Source: Pseudomonadota bacterium (lineage in GTDB: Bacteria; Bdellovibrionota_B; Oligoflexia; Silvanigrellales; Silvanigrellaceae). Taken from it: 64,000 nt of DNA. Shown here piece by piece: positions 51,648 to 60,485 of this stretch. The stretch spans positions 63,431 to 127,430 of the forward strand of contig JBDLRP010000013.1 of the NCBI GenBank assembly GCA_039799905.1. The letters are read 5' to 3'. Every line of letters begins with the position of its first letter. Positions within the stretch are counted from its first letter, which is position 1. Position numbers and translations under genes: made by a program. Under the pieces are notes generated by a model that searched no databases, was not told where the DNA came from, and saw only the letters and a list, made by a program, of their open reading frames with translations.

Positions 51648-52730
51648 CTAGAACAGTGTCTCCAATCGTGGCGGTGCGAACACCTGTGCGTCAATCCCCC
51701 TCCGTGTCAGATGGTGGACGCATGTTTGTGCTCCCTCGCCACACACGAGCACTTGTGAGGGATGCACTTCTTCGATAAGGCCCTCGATTTCGCTCAAATC
51801 TGGTGCGAAATGTATGGCGAAATGGTCTGCAAAAGTCAGATGTGCAAGCCATGGGCATTGCGTCGCTGCGTGTTGATCGTGCAAGCCCGTCCAGACCCAG
51901 ATTCCTTGCGGGAGGGTACGTTGCCTGCGTGCCAGAAGGTGCTCTTTTGACAGAAGTATCACGCATGGTTGATGGGCCGGATTGTCAACCCACTGTGTCC
52001 GCGCACCCTGATTCCAAAGTGTCCCTTCGCCGACCGAGGTGGCGTGAGTGTGGGGTGACTGTCCCGACGGAAATGCCAACGCTATTGGCAAATCGCTTTC
52101 ATTTTCCATCAACCCCGCGAGATGTTTGTCAAGGTGGATGGGAATGCGCAGCTCAGTCAGGAGTCCAACGATATGATGCGCGGCTCCGCATGCATCAGCC
52201 ACAACAACCACCCGTTCACCTGCTCTGAGAAGTTTGCTGCAGAATTCGGCGAGACGCTCGAGTTCGCGGCGCACGGATGTGGCAAAAAGTGCGGAGGGAT
52301 CACTTTTGAGTTTCAGCAGCAGCGTTTCAGCCTGCCGATAAGCTGCACGTCGCAGCACCGAGGTTGGTCTTTTGGACCAATGGGATGCATAGAAAATGGA
52401 ATCTTGTTTTTTTTCAACGCGCAGAAAGCTGGAGCCAGGGCCGTCGCCGCTCGGAATCAGTTCGACCTGCAGATTTCCAAGAACAATCGGGCGAAAATAT
52501 GAACACGGCAAAAATGCGGCTTTGGGGAATTTCTGTGCGAGTATTCTGTGTGCTTCATGACTGACAAGCAGTTGCTTGCCGGCCAACTTGCCGGAGCAAT
52601 AGGCCGGACCGACGCTTGAAATAAAATTGATGTGCGTCGAATTTTGAGCGTCAAGCGCAAGGATGGCGTGCTCGACTGTGATGTCGCCATCGTCGTGGTT
52701 GAGTTGGATGTCATCAAATGCAGTGAGCAT
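51648..52730 (-). CDS. Degenerate MBL-fold/beta-CASP-like protein
   Basis: Overall layout resembles MBL exonucleases (LALDA..NFIS, VELIPSG..PGS, HFAPDL, PSQVLVCG) but His ligands are absent. Confidence 0.45.
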   Translation of the reverse strand: MLTAFDDIQLNHDDGDITVEHAILALDAQNSTHINFISSVGPAYCSGKLAGKQLLVSHEAHRILAQKFPKAAFLPCSYFRPIVLGNLQVELIPSGDGPGSSFLRVEKKQDSIFYASHWSKRPTSVLRRAAYRQAETLLLKLKSDPSALFATSVRRELERLAEFCSKLLRAGERVVVVADACGAAHHIVGLLTELRIPIHLDKHLAGLMENESDLPIALAFPSGQSPHTHATSVGEGTLWNQGARTQWVDNPAHQPCVILLSKEHLLARRQRTLPQGIWVWTGLHDQHAATQCPWLAHLTFADHFAIHFAPDLSEIEGLIEEVHPSQVLVCGEGAQTCVHHLTRRGIDAQVFAPPRLETLF

Positions 52731-52762
52731 GCCCGTCTCCGCACCCGCCCAAACCAAAATTG

Positions 52763-53728
52763 TCAGAGCACGTTGCCATAGGGGGAACAGAAAACAAAGC
52801 GTGGGCCAAGGCAAATATGGATCGGTTGGTCTGTGGGTTCGAGCAGGTCACCGTCGAGGGAGTATTCAATTTGTCCGTCGGGAATGAGTGTAACCTCGGA
52901 GAAGAGATGTGTCTGCGCAAATTTCTCGTCAATTTTCCCTTGTAAAAGTAATGTTTTCAGCACTCTGAAGGGAAGCTGTCGTTCATTGGCATGCACGACA
53001 ACCAGCTCTGCCTCGGATTTGTGCGTATTCAGATTGCGAAAAAGTTTTATTCCAAAAGGCATTTTCGGAATGGTCGAGGCCGCGATGATGGCAGCGTTCG
53101 CTGGATTGGCATAGGGCCAAGGAGTCGGCTGACTTTCAATGCGCAACTGTTCTGTGTGGTAGAGTTTTTTGTAGGCTCCGCCCATGTGACCTGCCAGCGC
53201 TCCGTCAGCAATAACGCGGCTGAGGAACAAACCAGCACCGAGAGTGGACGATTTATTTTTGTAAAATTCGCTTAAGAAACGCGCAGCAACGCCATCGGCA
53301 AATATGAAGCCAAGCCGACCATTGACGCTGAGTGTTTGCAAAGACATCTGCGCGAGTCCGTCAGGCGTGTGATAGGCCTCGAGAGCGTCTGCGAAAACAT
53401 CTTTGGGACTGCCAAAAATGCCAAGATTGGAGGCAAGAACATTGACCGTTCCGCCGCGCAGTGTGAGGATTCGGGGAAGTTTGTCTGCGGGATAAGCCTG
53501 CGCAATGGCAGAGAGAGTTAGGCTTATCGTGCCGTCGCCGCCGACGATTCCGACGGTGTCAAGACCGCGCGCGCAGAACTCCTCACAGACGCGCGACAGA
53601 TCGCCGAGGGAGTTAGTGATTTCAAATTGTCCCCGGTTGCCAAGAATGTACCAAAGGAGAGTATTGTGCTCGGGATCGCGTTTGTTTATTTTCGCGTAGG
53701 GGTTTGAGATAATTCCTAGTCCGGGCAT
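52763..53728 (-). CDS. Diacylglycerol kinase catalytic-domain family protein
   Basis: IISNPYA, VGGDGT, GGTVNVLA, YSLDGD. Confidence 0.85.
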   Translation of the reverse strand: MPGLGIISNPYAKINKRDPEHNTLLWYILGNRGQFEITNSLGDLSRVCEEFCARGLDTVGIVGGDGTISLTLSAIAQAYPADKLPRILTLRGGTVNVLASNLGIFGSPKDVFADALEAYHTPDGLAQMSLQTLSVNGRLGFIFADGVAARFLSEFYKNKSSTLGAGLFLSRVIADGALAGHMGGAYKKLYHTEQLRIESQPTPWPYANPANAAIIAASTIPKMPFGIKLFRNLNTHKSEAELVVVHANERQLPFRVLKTLLLQGKIDEKFAQTHLFSEVTLIPDGQIEYSLDGDLLEPTDQPIHICLGPRFVFCSPYGNVL

Positions 53729-53757
53729 TTTGTTGCGTTCCGTTCGGGGTAAAAAAA

Positions 53758-54948
53758 ATGAGCCGTCGGGGAGAGAGTCTGCCACCAAGCAAAACGAATG
53801 CAAGCGCAGACGATTCCGTCAACAACAAGAAGAAATCTTTTGTGCGCGTGGCGCGCAGTGCGTCGACGCGAAAAAAAAATTCTCCGGGCGCGAAATCAGT
53901 TGCGCTGGAACCTGAAGTTCTCGAGGCCGAGATTGTCGATGATGGCGACTCTGAACCGCGCGAGATCGAAACCCTCGATGCTGCGCCTGTGGACGGCGAG
54001 TGGATGGATGCCGAGCCTTCTGATGGTGCTGTCACCGTTTATGAAGCGCCCGAGCCCGCAGACGAAGCCGATGACTATGATCCTTCGGAAGTAGATAGCT
54101 CAACCAGCCTTGTCGCATCCTCTGCGCTGTCGCGTTACATGGCCGAGCTGCGCAAATATCCGCTGCTGACTCCCGAAGAGGAGCGCAGGCTTGCGACTGA
54201 TGCATATGAAAACAACAATGTTGAGGCTCGCCAACGTCTGGTGACAGCCAATCTGCGGCTGGTTGTGAAGATCGCGATGGAATACCGGCGCGCATACGCG
54301 CAGATGCTCGACCTCATACAAGAGGGCAATGCTGGTCTGGTGCAAGCCGTCAACAGATTCAATCCATACCGCGGCGTGAAATTGTCGACCTACAGCGCCT
54401 GGTGGATTCGCGCATATATTCTGAAGTTTCTGATGGACAACAAGAGTCTTGTGCGCATCGGAACTACTGATGCGCAGCGTAAATTGTTTTTCCGCCTGCG
54501 TGCCGAAGCAGAGAAGATGTACGCGCTCACACAACGATTTGATGCTCGCTTGTTGGCCGAGAAGATTGGCGTCAAGGAGTCCGAGGTTGTTGAGATGAAT
54601 CAGCGCCTTTCCAAGGGTGACGTGTCGCTTGATGCGCCGCTCTTCGATGATGGGCAAGGTGCGCGGCAGGTCGACCTCATGGAAGCCGACGATGAGTCTG
54701 CCGAAGATAAGCTTGCGCGCGAGCAAATACTCGCCATCATTAGAAAAGAGGCAGCCGCCATCGAAAAAGAATTGAATGAACGTGATTTGTTTATATTCCG
54801 GAATCGAATCATGGCCGATGATCCCATCACGCTGCAGGACGTTGGTGACAAGTTCGGGATCACCCGTGAACGAGCCCGACAGCTCGAGTCGAAGGTACTC
54901 AAAAAGATTCGCGACAGGCTTGAGGATGCTGGCGTTGATGTTCCATAA
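53758..54948 (+). CDS. rpoH: RNA polymerase sigma-32 family factor
   Basis: NLRLVVKIA, DLIQEGN.GL, RpoH box QRKLFFRLR, TLQDVG..FGITRERARQLE; start uncertain. Confidence 0.9.
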   Translation: MSRRGESLPPSKTNASADDSVNNKKKSFVRVARSASTRKKNSPGAKSVALEPEVLEAEIVDDGDSEPREIETLDAAPVDGEWMDAEPSDGAVTVYEAPEPADEADDYDPSEVDSSTSLVASSALSRYMAELRKYPLLTPEEERRLATDAYENNNVEARQRLVTANLRLVVKIAMEYRRAYAQMLDLIQEGNAGLVQAVNRFNPYRGVKLSTYSAWWIRAYILKFLMDNKSLVRIGTTDAQRKLFFRLRAEAEKMYALTQRFDARLLAEKIGVKESEVVEMNQRLSKGDVSLDAPLFDDGQGARQVDLMEADDESAEDKLAREQILAIIRKEAAAIEKELNERDLFIFRNRIMADDPITLQDVGDKFGITRERARQLESKVLKKIRDRLEDAGVDVP

Positions 54949-55828
54949 TCCTTCGCCATACATACTGTTTCCCATCCGGCAGTGTGGGCGTTATCTTCTA
55001 TTTTCGGCATGTCTTTTTTTGACTTTTTTACCTTCGCAGATTTCCTTCGCATCTGGGCTGCGGATCGTTAGTTTGGCTCCGAGTGTGACTGAGTGGATTT
55101 ATGCGCTCGGTCTTGGTCACGCACTGGTGGGCGTCACCGAGCAGTGTGATTTCCCTGCCGAAGCTGCAAAGGTAGCAAAAACCGGCTCTTTCATGCAGAC
55201 GAGCCTTGAGACAGTTCTCATGAAAAAGCCAACTCATGTGGTTGCCGTGGACGGAATTCCTGTCAACTTGAGCAAACGCCTGACCGACCAAGGAATCCGA
55301 GTACACGTTCTTTCGGTTCGCCGGCTCAACGATTTTCCGGAGCAAATCGTGAAGCTGGGTGAAGAACTCGGTGTCCGCGCCGAGGCTTCGGGTTGGGCGG
55401 ACAAAATGCGCAAGGCCTTTGTTCGTCAGAAAACACCGTCGGGCAAGGCACAGGAGCGTGGCAGTGTGTTGTTGCTGATTTCGCCCAAGCCCATCTATGT
55501 GGCCTCTCCTGAAAGCTGGCTCAGCGATTTGTTTGCTCTGGCAGGCTGGAAAAATGCGCTGCGCAATACGCGCGGAACAGCGGCGGTAGGAACAGAATTT
55601 CAGAAGATTTCTATCGAAGGTGCACTCGCTTCCGGCGCGAAGCGATGGGTGTTGTTTGCAGATTCAACGCATGCGGATAAAAAAGTGTCGGAGTCTGTGG
55701 CTCAGATTTTTCCAAATAAGAAGATCCCAGCTGGAATTGAACTTGTCGTTTTTCCGGCTGATGTTTTTACCCGACCCGGGCCTCGGCTCCTTAGTGCCCT
55801 TGCAATGCTCGGGGAAGAAAACAAGTGA
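54938..55828 (+). CDS. Cobalamin/iron-chelate ABC substrate-binding protein (BtuF-like)
   Basis: RIVSLAPSVTE..YALG, VGVTEQCDFP, RPGPRL. Confidence 0.85.
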   Translation: MFHNPSPYILFPIRQCGRYLLFSACLFLTFLPSQISFASGLRIVSLAPSVTEWIYALGLGHALVGVTEQCDFPAEAAKVAKTGSFMQTSLETVLMKKPTHVVAVDGIPVNLSKRLTDQGIRVHVLSVRRLNDFPEQIVKLGEELGVRAEASGWADKMRKAFVRQKTPSGKAQERGSVLLLISPKPIYVASPESWLSDLFALAGWKNALRNTRGTAAVGTEFQKISIEGALASGAKRWVLFADSTHADKKVSESVAQIFPNKKIPAGIELVVFPADVFTRPGPRLLSALAMLGEENK

Positions 55829-56844
55829 AGTCTGTTTTATTCCTTGCGCTTTTGCTGTGTCTCTTTCTTTTGCTTAGTTTTGTCAGTGGTCCTGCGACGC
55901 CGTTTTCCGCTTGGTTGAACGTGGTGACTCTGAAAGGTGGGCTCTCGGGTTTCATCTCCGATCACTCATCCATTCTTGAACTGCGTGTGGTTCATATATT
56001 GCTTTCGTGTGCGGTCGGATTCGCACTGGCAACGGCGGGCAGGACAATGCAGCAGTTGCTGCAAAACCCACTTGCAGACCCGCATGTGACGGGTTTGTCT
56101 GCGGGCAGCACAAGCGCTGTCCTGCTCACACTTTTGTTTTTTCCGCTGCTTGCACAACGTCTGTTATTTGGTTGGTTGCCTGTTTTGTGGGTGTCGGCGT
56201 TCATTGGTGCTGCCGGAGCTCTCTCCATTTTGAACTCGCTGCTTTTCAGGTTGGTGAGGGTGTGGGGAGCACCTGCCTTGGCGCTTGCAGGGCTATTCTT
56301 GAATGCAAGTTTTTCTGCTCTCTTGATGGTTGTTTTTGCTCGCTTGAGTCCCGCGGGTTTGACCGAGGTACAAAGTTGGACTCTGGGCGCCATTCAACCC
56401 TATGGTTTGAATCAAGCGTTGTTCCTTTTGCCCATGCTTTTCATTCCGTCGTTCTACCTGATGGCGTGTGAGCGGCAGCTGTTGCTTGCTTCTTTTGGTC
56501 AGGATTTTGCGCTCACCAATGGGGTCAATTTTATTCAGTTGCGCGGGCGCATTTTGCTTTGCCTGATGTTTTTGGCATCCGCCGCCGTTTGTGCCGCTGG
56601 TTCGATTGGCTTTGTCGGCTTGCTGGTGCCTCATCTCACGCGGCGCTGGATGTTGCGTTGCGAGAGGCCGGCACTGCGGCCGATCTTCAACGGTCTTGCA
56701 GGCTCTTTTGTGCTTCTGTGCGCCGATCTGCTGTCAAGAACTTTGACCCAGCCGGCTGAACTTCCCGTGGGTGTCTACACGGCGCTTCTGTCGTTTCCTT
56801 TTTTGGTGATGGTTTTGCTGCGTCACCAGAAGGGAGCAGCATGA
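55825..56844 (+). CDS. FecCD/BtuC-family ABC permease
   Basis: QNPLADP..G, IGFVGLLVPH, ELPVGV. Confidence 0.88.
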   Translation: MKSVLFLALLLCLFLLLSFVSGPATPFSAWLNVVTLKGGLSGFISDHSSILELRVVHILLSCAVGFALATAGRTMQQLLQNPLADPHVTGLSAGSTSAVLLTLLFFPLLAQRLLFGWLPVLWVSAFIGAAGALSILNSLLFRLVRVWGAPALALAGLFLNASFSALLMVVFARLSPAGLTEVQSWTLGAIQPYGLNQALFLLPMLFIPSFYLMACERQLLLASFGQDFALTNGVNFIQLRGRILLCLMFLASAAVCAAGSIGFVGLLVPHLTRRWMLRCERPALRPIFNGLAGSFVLLCADLLSRTLTQPAELPVGVYTALLSFPFLVMVLLRHQKGAA

Positions 56845-57554
56845 ACAAGTGTGGCATTGCAATGGATGATTGTGTTTTGACCGTTTCCTCGCTGAATGCG
56901 TGGAGGAGCGGGCGATGGTTGTTGCGCGATATCAGCTGCGATTTTCCTTCGGGTTCGGTTGCCGTTTTGGCTGGCCGTAATGGATCGGGCAAGACGACTT
57001 TTTTGCGTTCACTTGCGAGTCTGCTGCTGTCTTCAGACGGTTGGCGGGTAACGGGTGTTGTCCGTTCGGCGCAGCGTGTTGCGTATCTCGGGCAGAACCT
57101 CCCGTTGAACGAAGACATGACAGTCAGTGAGTTTTTTCGATTGACCAGTTCGGGTGGCGATGAGTGGATTCAGATGCACTCGAGGTTTGCCATTGGCGAG
57201 TTGGCGAGCTTGCAGTTGTCCCAACTGAGTGGCGGGCAGTGGCAGCGTATCCGCTTGGCACAGTGCCTTTCGAATCCCGCTCCGTTGGTTCTGTTGGATG
57301 AACCGGATTCGTTTTTGGACAGGCCATGGCGCGGGGTTTTGCTTGATTGCCTGTCGCAGCGTGCCGCGCGCGGCGATGTTGTTGTGGTCGCACTGCACCG
57401 TCCGGAGGAGGCGAAATCGATTGCGACCCATTGGCTTGGCTTTGAGTCAGGTTCTTTGATGTTTTGTGAATCAGGTCGGGATGTTTACCCGAACGAACTG
57501 CTCGGGCGGCTTTTTTTGGTAAAAAGGCTTGACTCCCCAGAACCTGTGGATTAG
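56841..57554 (+). CDS. ABC ATPase (BtuD-like)
   Basis: GRNGSGKTT, LSGGQWQR, LLDEP. Confidence 0.85.
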   Translation: MNKCGIAMDDCVLTVSSLNAWRSGRWLLRDISCDFPSGSVAVLAGRNGSGKTTFLRSLASLLLSSDGWRVTGVVRSAQRVAYLGQNLPLNEDMTVSEFFRLTSSGGDEWIQMHSRFAIGELASLQLSQLSGGQWQRIRLAQCLSNPAPLVLLDEPDSFLDRPWRGVLLDCLSQRAARGDVVVVALHRPEEAKSIATHWLGFESGSLMFCESGRDVYPNELLGRLFLVKRLDSPEPVD

Positions 57555-57599
57555 TCCACTGGCTACCAAATCCAAGGGTTTCCTTGCGGTCTGGGGTGT

Positions 57600-57676
57600 G
57601 CGCGGTTAGCTCAGCTGGATAGAGCACCAGACTACGAATCTGGCGGTCAGGCGTTCGAATCGCTTACCGCGCGCCA
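57600..57676 (+). tRNA. tRNA-Arg (anticodon ACG)
   Basis: 77-nt cloverleaf, CCAGA-CT-ACG-AA-TCTGG arm, encoded CCA. Confidence 0.96.
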
Positions 57677-57720
57677 TTTTTTTTCTACTGACTTTTCGGT
57701 AAGGTGTTTTAGGCCGCGCT

Positions 57721-57810
57721 GGAGCGATGGGTGAGTGGCTGAAACCACATCCTTGCTAAGGATGCGTAGGGGTAACTCTACCGAGGGTTCGAATCCCTCT
57801 CGCTCCGCCA
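57721..57810 (+). tRNA. tRNA-Ser (anticodon GCT)
   Basis: 90-nt cloverleaf, CATCC-TT-GCT-AA-GGATG arm, long variable arm, encoded CCA. Confidence 0.96.
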
Positions 57811-57812
57811 CT

Positions 57813-57851
57813 TTTGCGGAGTTCTCGTGAGAGGGCTCCGCAAATTTTTTT
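57813..57851 (+). terminator. Intrinsic terminator after the tRNA-Arg/tRNA-Ser pair
   Basis: 14-bp stem (with G-U pairs), GTGA tetraloop, T7 run. Confidence 0.85.
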
Positions 57852-57877
57852 GTCCCCCACTTTTGAAAACTCCGACG

Positions 57878-58360
57878 ATGATCAACGAAGAAATTTTCGG
57901 CGACGAACATTGGATGGGCTTGGCTTTGCAGGCCGCTCGTCGGGCGGAAGATTTGGGCGACGTTCCCGTCGGCTGTGTCATTGTTCATCCGTCCGAGGGT
58001 GTCGTTGCGAGCGAATTCAACCGCCGCGAAGTCGATCAGGATCCCACGGCACACGCTGAGGTGCTCGCTCTGCGCTCAGCCGCAAGCAAACTTGGTCGCT
58101 GGCGACTTTCCGACTGCACTGTGTATGTGACGTTGGAACCCTGTTTTATGTGTGCTGGAGCTCTCGTCAATGCTCGTGTTGGCCGTGTCGTCTACGCTGC
58201 AACCGATGCCAAGGCGGGAGCGTGTGAGAGCCTTGCCAGAGTTCTCGAGGATGAACGGTTGAATCATCGCTGTGCGGTGACACGTGGTCCGCTCGAGCAG
58301 TTGGCAAGTCGCCAGCTGAAGGATTTTTTTCGTGCCCGGCGTAAAAAATCTCAGGAGTAA
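57878..58360 (+). CDS. tadA: tRNA adenosine(34) deaminase
   Basis: DVPVG, DPTAHAE, WRL, YVTLEPCFMCAGA, LNH, FF..RR. Confidence 0.95.
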   Translation: MINEEIFGDEHWMGLALQAARRAEDLGDVPVGCVIVHPSEGVVASEFNRREVDQDPTAHAEVLALRSAASKLGRWRLSDCTVYVTLEPCFMCAGALVNARVGRVVYAATDAKAGACESLARVLEDERLNHRCAVTRGPLEQLASRQLKDFFRARRKKSQE

Positions 58361-59427
58361 ACAACGCCACGTGTGGATGGCTCACAACTGAGCACCTCAC
58401 CACCGGCTGTGCGCAGCGCATTTTCCACAGCGGATTTTTGGGCAGGGTCATCGACCATCATCACCAGTACTCCGCCGCCTCCCGCGCCGCACACCTTACC
58501 GCCGGATGCCCCGGCACGCAGCGCAGTTGCGTATAGTGATTCGAGCATTGGGGTGACAATTCCCGGTGCGAGTGTTCTGCGGATGTCCCATTCGGCGCTC
58601 AGAAGACGTGCGACGTTTTTCCAGTTTCTGTGTTCGAGTTCGCGCTTCATGTCGGGAACGATTTTTGCAATCGCCGCGCATCGTTCGAGCACGCCTGCGT
58701 CACCAGTGAGAACCCTTTCCAGAACCAGCCAGTTGTTGAATGCGCTGAAGTGTTGCTGACCACTGTGTGCAAGTACGAGATGTTTACCGAGTGTCGAGAG
58801 GTCGCTTGAGACTTGTTTTGTGGCGCTGCCTTGCGCACTGTGACTGACTGATTGCAGTCCGCCGAAAAACGCTGCGAAGTGATCTTGATTGCCCGCGAGG
58901 TTGCCAAGAATTCCGGCCTCGAGTGTTTGCGCGGTGCGGCAGAGTTCCGTGCCATCCACGCTGCGTCCGAGGAGCTTTTCGAAAGCCGACAGCAGAGCGA
59001 TGACGAGCGAGCTTGATCCGCCCAGTCCGGAGCCGCGTGGAGCTTTGGCATCCGTTTCGATGGTGACGTCGGCAAGGCCACGTGCTGTTAATTCGTTTTT
59101 ATAAAGACGTGCGACAGCCCTGTGCAAAACAAAATCTGCTGCGTCAATTTGTTTGAGTGTTTCGCCTTGAGCAGACCGTCCGAGTGATTTGTCGTTGAAA
59201 TTCCAGCGCAGGTTCTGTGCTGGCCTGAGCGTGATTTTTGCTTCAGCACGCAATTCGATGGCCAGATTCACTGTTTCGACCGGCGCGTTCCACAGTTCAA
59301 ATTTTTCTTGTAGAATTGCCGCCAAAGGCCAAATATCCAAGGTGCCGCCTGCAAGATCAATACGGGTGGGTGCCTGCACTGTGCAAGTGAGTGATTGATG
59401 TGTCTGGAGTGAGGACGTGCCCGCCAT
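58351..59427 (-). CDS. GHMP-family sugar kinase (HddA-like)
   Basis: APTRIDLAGGTLD, PRGSGLGGSS, GNQD, GKVCGAGGGG. Confidence 0.88.
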   Translation of the reverse strand: MAGTSSLQTHQSLTCTVQAPTRIDLAGGTLDIWPLAAILQEKFELWNAPVETVNLAIELRAEAKITLRPAQNLRWNFNDKSLGRSAQGETLKQIDAADFVLHRAVARLYKNELTARGLADVTIETDAKAPRGSGLGGSSSLVIALLSAFEKLLGRSVDGTELCRTAQTLEAGILGNLAGNQDHFAAFFGGLQSVSHSAQGSATKQVSSDLSTLGKHLVLAHSGQQHFSAFNNWLVLERVLTGDAGVLERCAAIAKIVPDMKRELEHRNWKNVARLLSAEWDIRRTLAPGIVTPMLESLYATALRAGASGGKVCGAGGGGVLVMMVDDPAQKSAVENALRTAGGEVLSCEPSTRGVVYS

Positions 59428-59493
59428 GGTGTGTCCTTTCTGTGCTGTTGGCGTTAAGGTTTTGTTTTTCAGTTCATCATACCGAGGTTATGA

Positions 59494-60474
59494 GTGTCAG
59501 AGAAGCACGCAAAAAAGCAAGATGTGGTGGGGATTATTTTGGCCGCTGGGCAGGGAAAGCGGATGAAGACCATGCGCCCCAAGGTCGCCCACACACTCTT
59601 GGGTCGCCCCTTGATCGAGTGGTCCATGCGCCACTTTGTTGAGGCGGGTGTTGCCGATCTCAGTGTTGTGGTGTCGCCGTCGCAGCCTGAAGTTCACGCT
59701 ATTGTCGAACGTTTTGCCCAAAAGATGGCTAGCCGTTGCCGCGTGCGGCACGTGTTTCAGGATGTTGCATTGGGCACTGGACACGCAGCTTTGTGCGGTG
59801 TGAAGGCGCTCGAAGCTCAGGGAGTGGGTGGGGGTGTTGCTTTGATTGGACTTGGCGATGTTCCAGGTGTGGAGCCGGCCATTCTCAATAGTTTGTTGGA
59901 GCGACTGAAGACCGATAAAAGTGAACTGACGGTGCTTGCTTTTGATGCAGCCGAACCCACAGGCTACGGCCGTGTTCTCAAAACGATGGACGGACAGGTC
60001 TATCGAATTCAGGAAGAGAAAGATTGCAGTCCGGAACAGCGCAACATACGCTCGTGCAACAGTGGATTTTTCGCTGCAGATTTTTCTGCTTTGAGTGAAT
60101 TTCTGCCGCAAATAAAACCTGAGAACGCTGCACGCGAGTTTTACTTGACCGACCTTCCTGTCCTGCTGACCGGAGCGGGCAGGCGGACGACCGCGCTCGA
60201 AGGTGTGCCTGAGGAAACTGTCTTGGGAGTCAATTCCCAAGCACAACTTGCGGACGTTGCAGGCCGGCTGCAGAGAAGGATTGTCCAGCAGCTTATGGCA
60301 GATGGCGTGCAAATTTTAAAACCCGAGCATGTGTATATTGAGGACTCTGTCGTTTTTGGGCAGAACGTGATTGTGGAACCGTATGTTTATCTGGCTGGTG
60401 ACATCCGCATTCCCGATGAAGTGCGAATCCCCTCGTTTTCCCGTTGGACTCAACAGTCGGACGTTCGTTTGTAA
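59494..60474 (+). CDS. glmU: GlmU-like N-acetylglucosamine-1-phosphate uridyltransferase, C-terminally shortened
   Basis: LAAGQGKRMK..PKV, LGTGHA, PTGYGR, EEKDC, NAAREFYLTD, GVNS; ends after only a few hexapeptide repeats. Confidence 0.85.
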   Translation: MSEKHAKKQDVVGIILAAGQGKRMKTMRPKVAHTLLGRPLIEWSMRHFVEAGVADLSVVVSPSQPEVHAIVERFAQKMASRCRVRHVFQDVALGTGHAALCGVKALEAQGVGGGVALIGLGDVPGVEPAILNSLLERLKTDKSELTVLAFDAAEPTGYGRVLKTMDGQVYRIQEEKDCSPEQRNIRSCNSGFFAADFSALSEFLPQIKPENAAREFYLTDLPVLLTGAGRRTTALEGVPEETVLGVNSQAQLADVAGRLQRRIVQQLMADGVQILKPEHVYIEDSVVFGQNVIVEPYVYLAGDIRIPDEVRIPSFSRWTQQSDVRL

Positions 60475-60485
60475 AGGAAGTGACT

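Noticed and set aside
54100..54975. 291-aa minus-strand ORF
   Set aside because: Antisense shadow of rpoH
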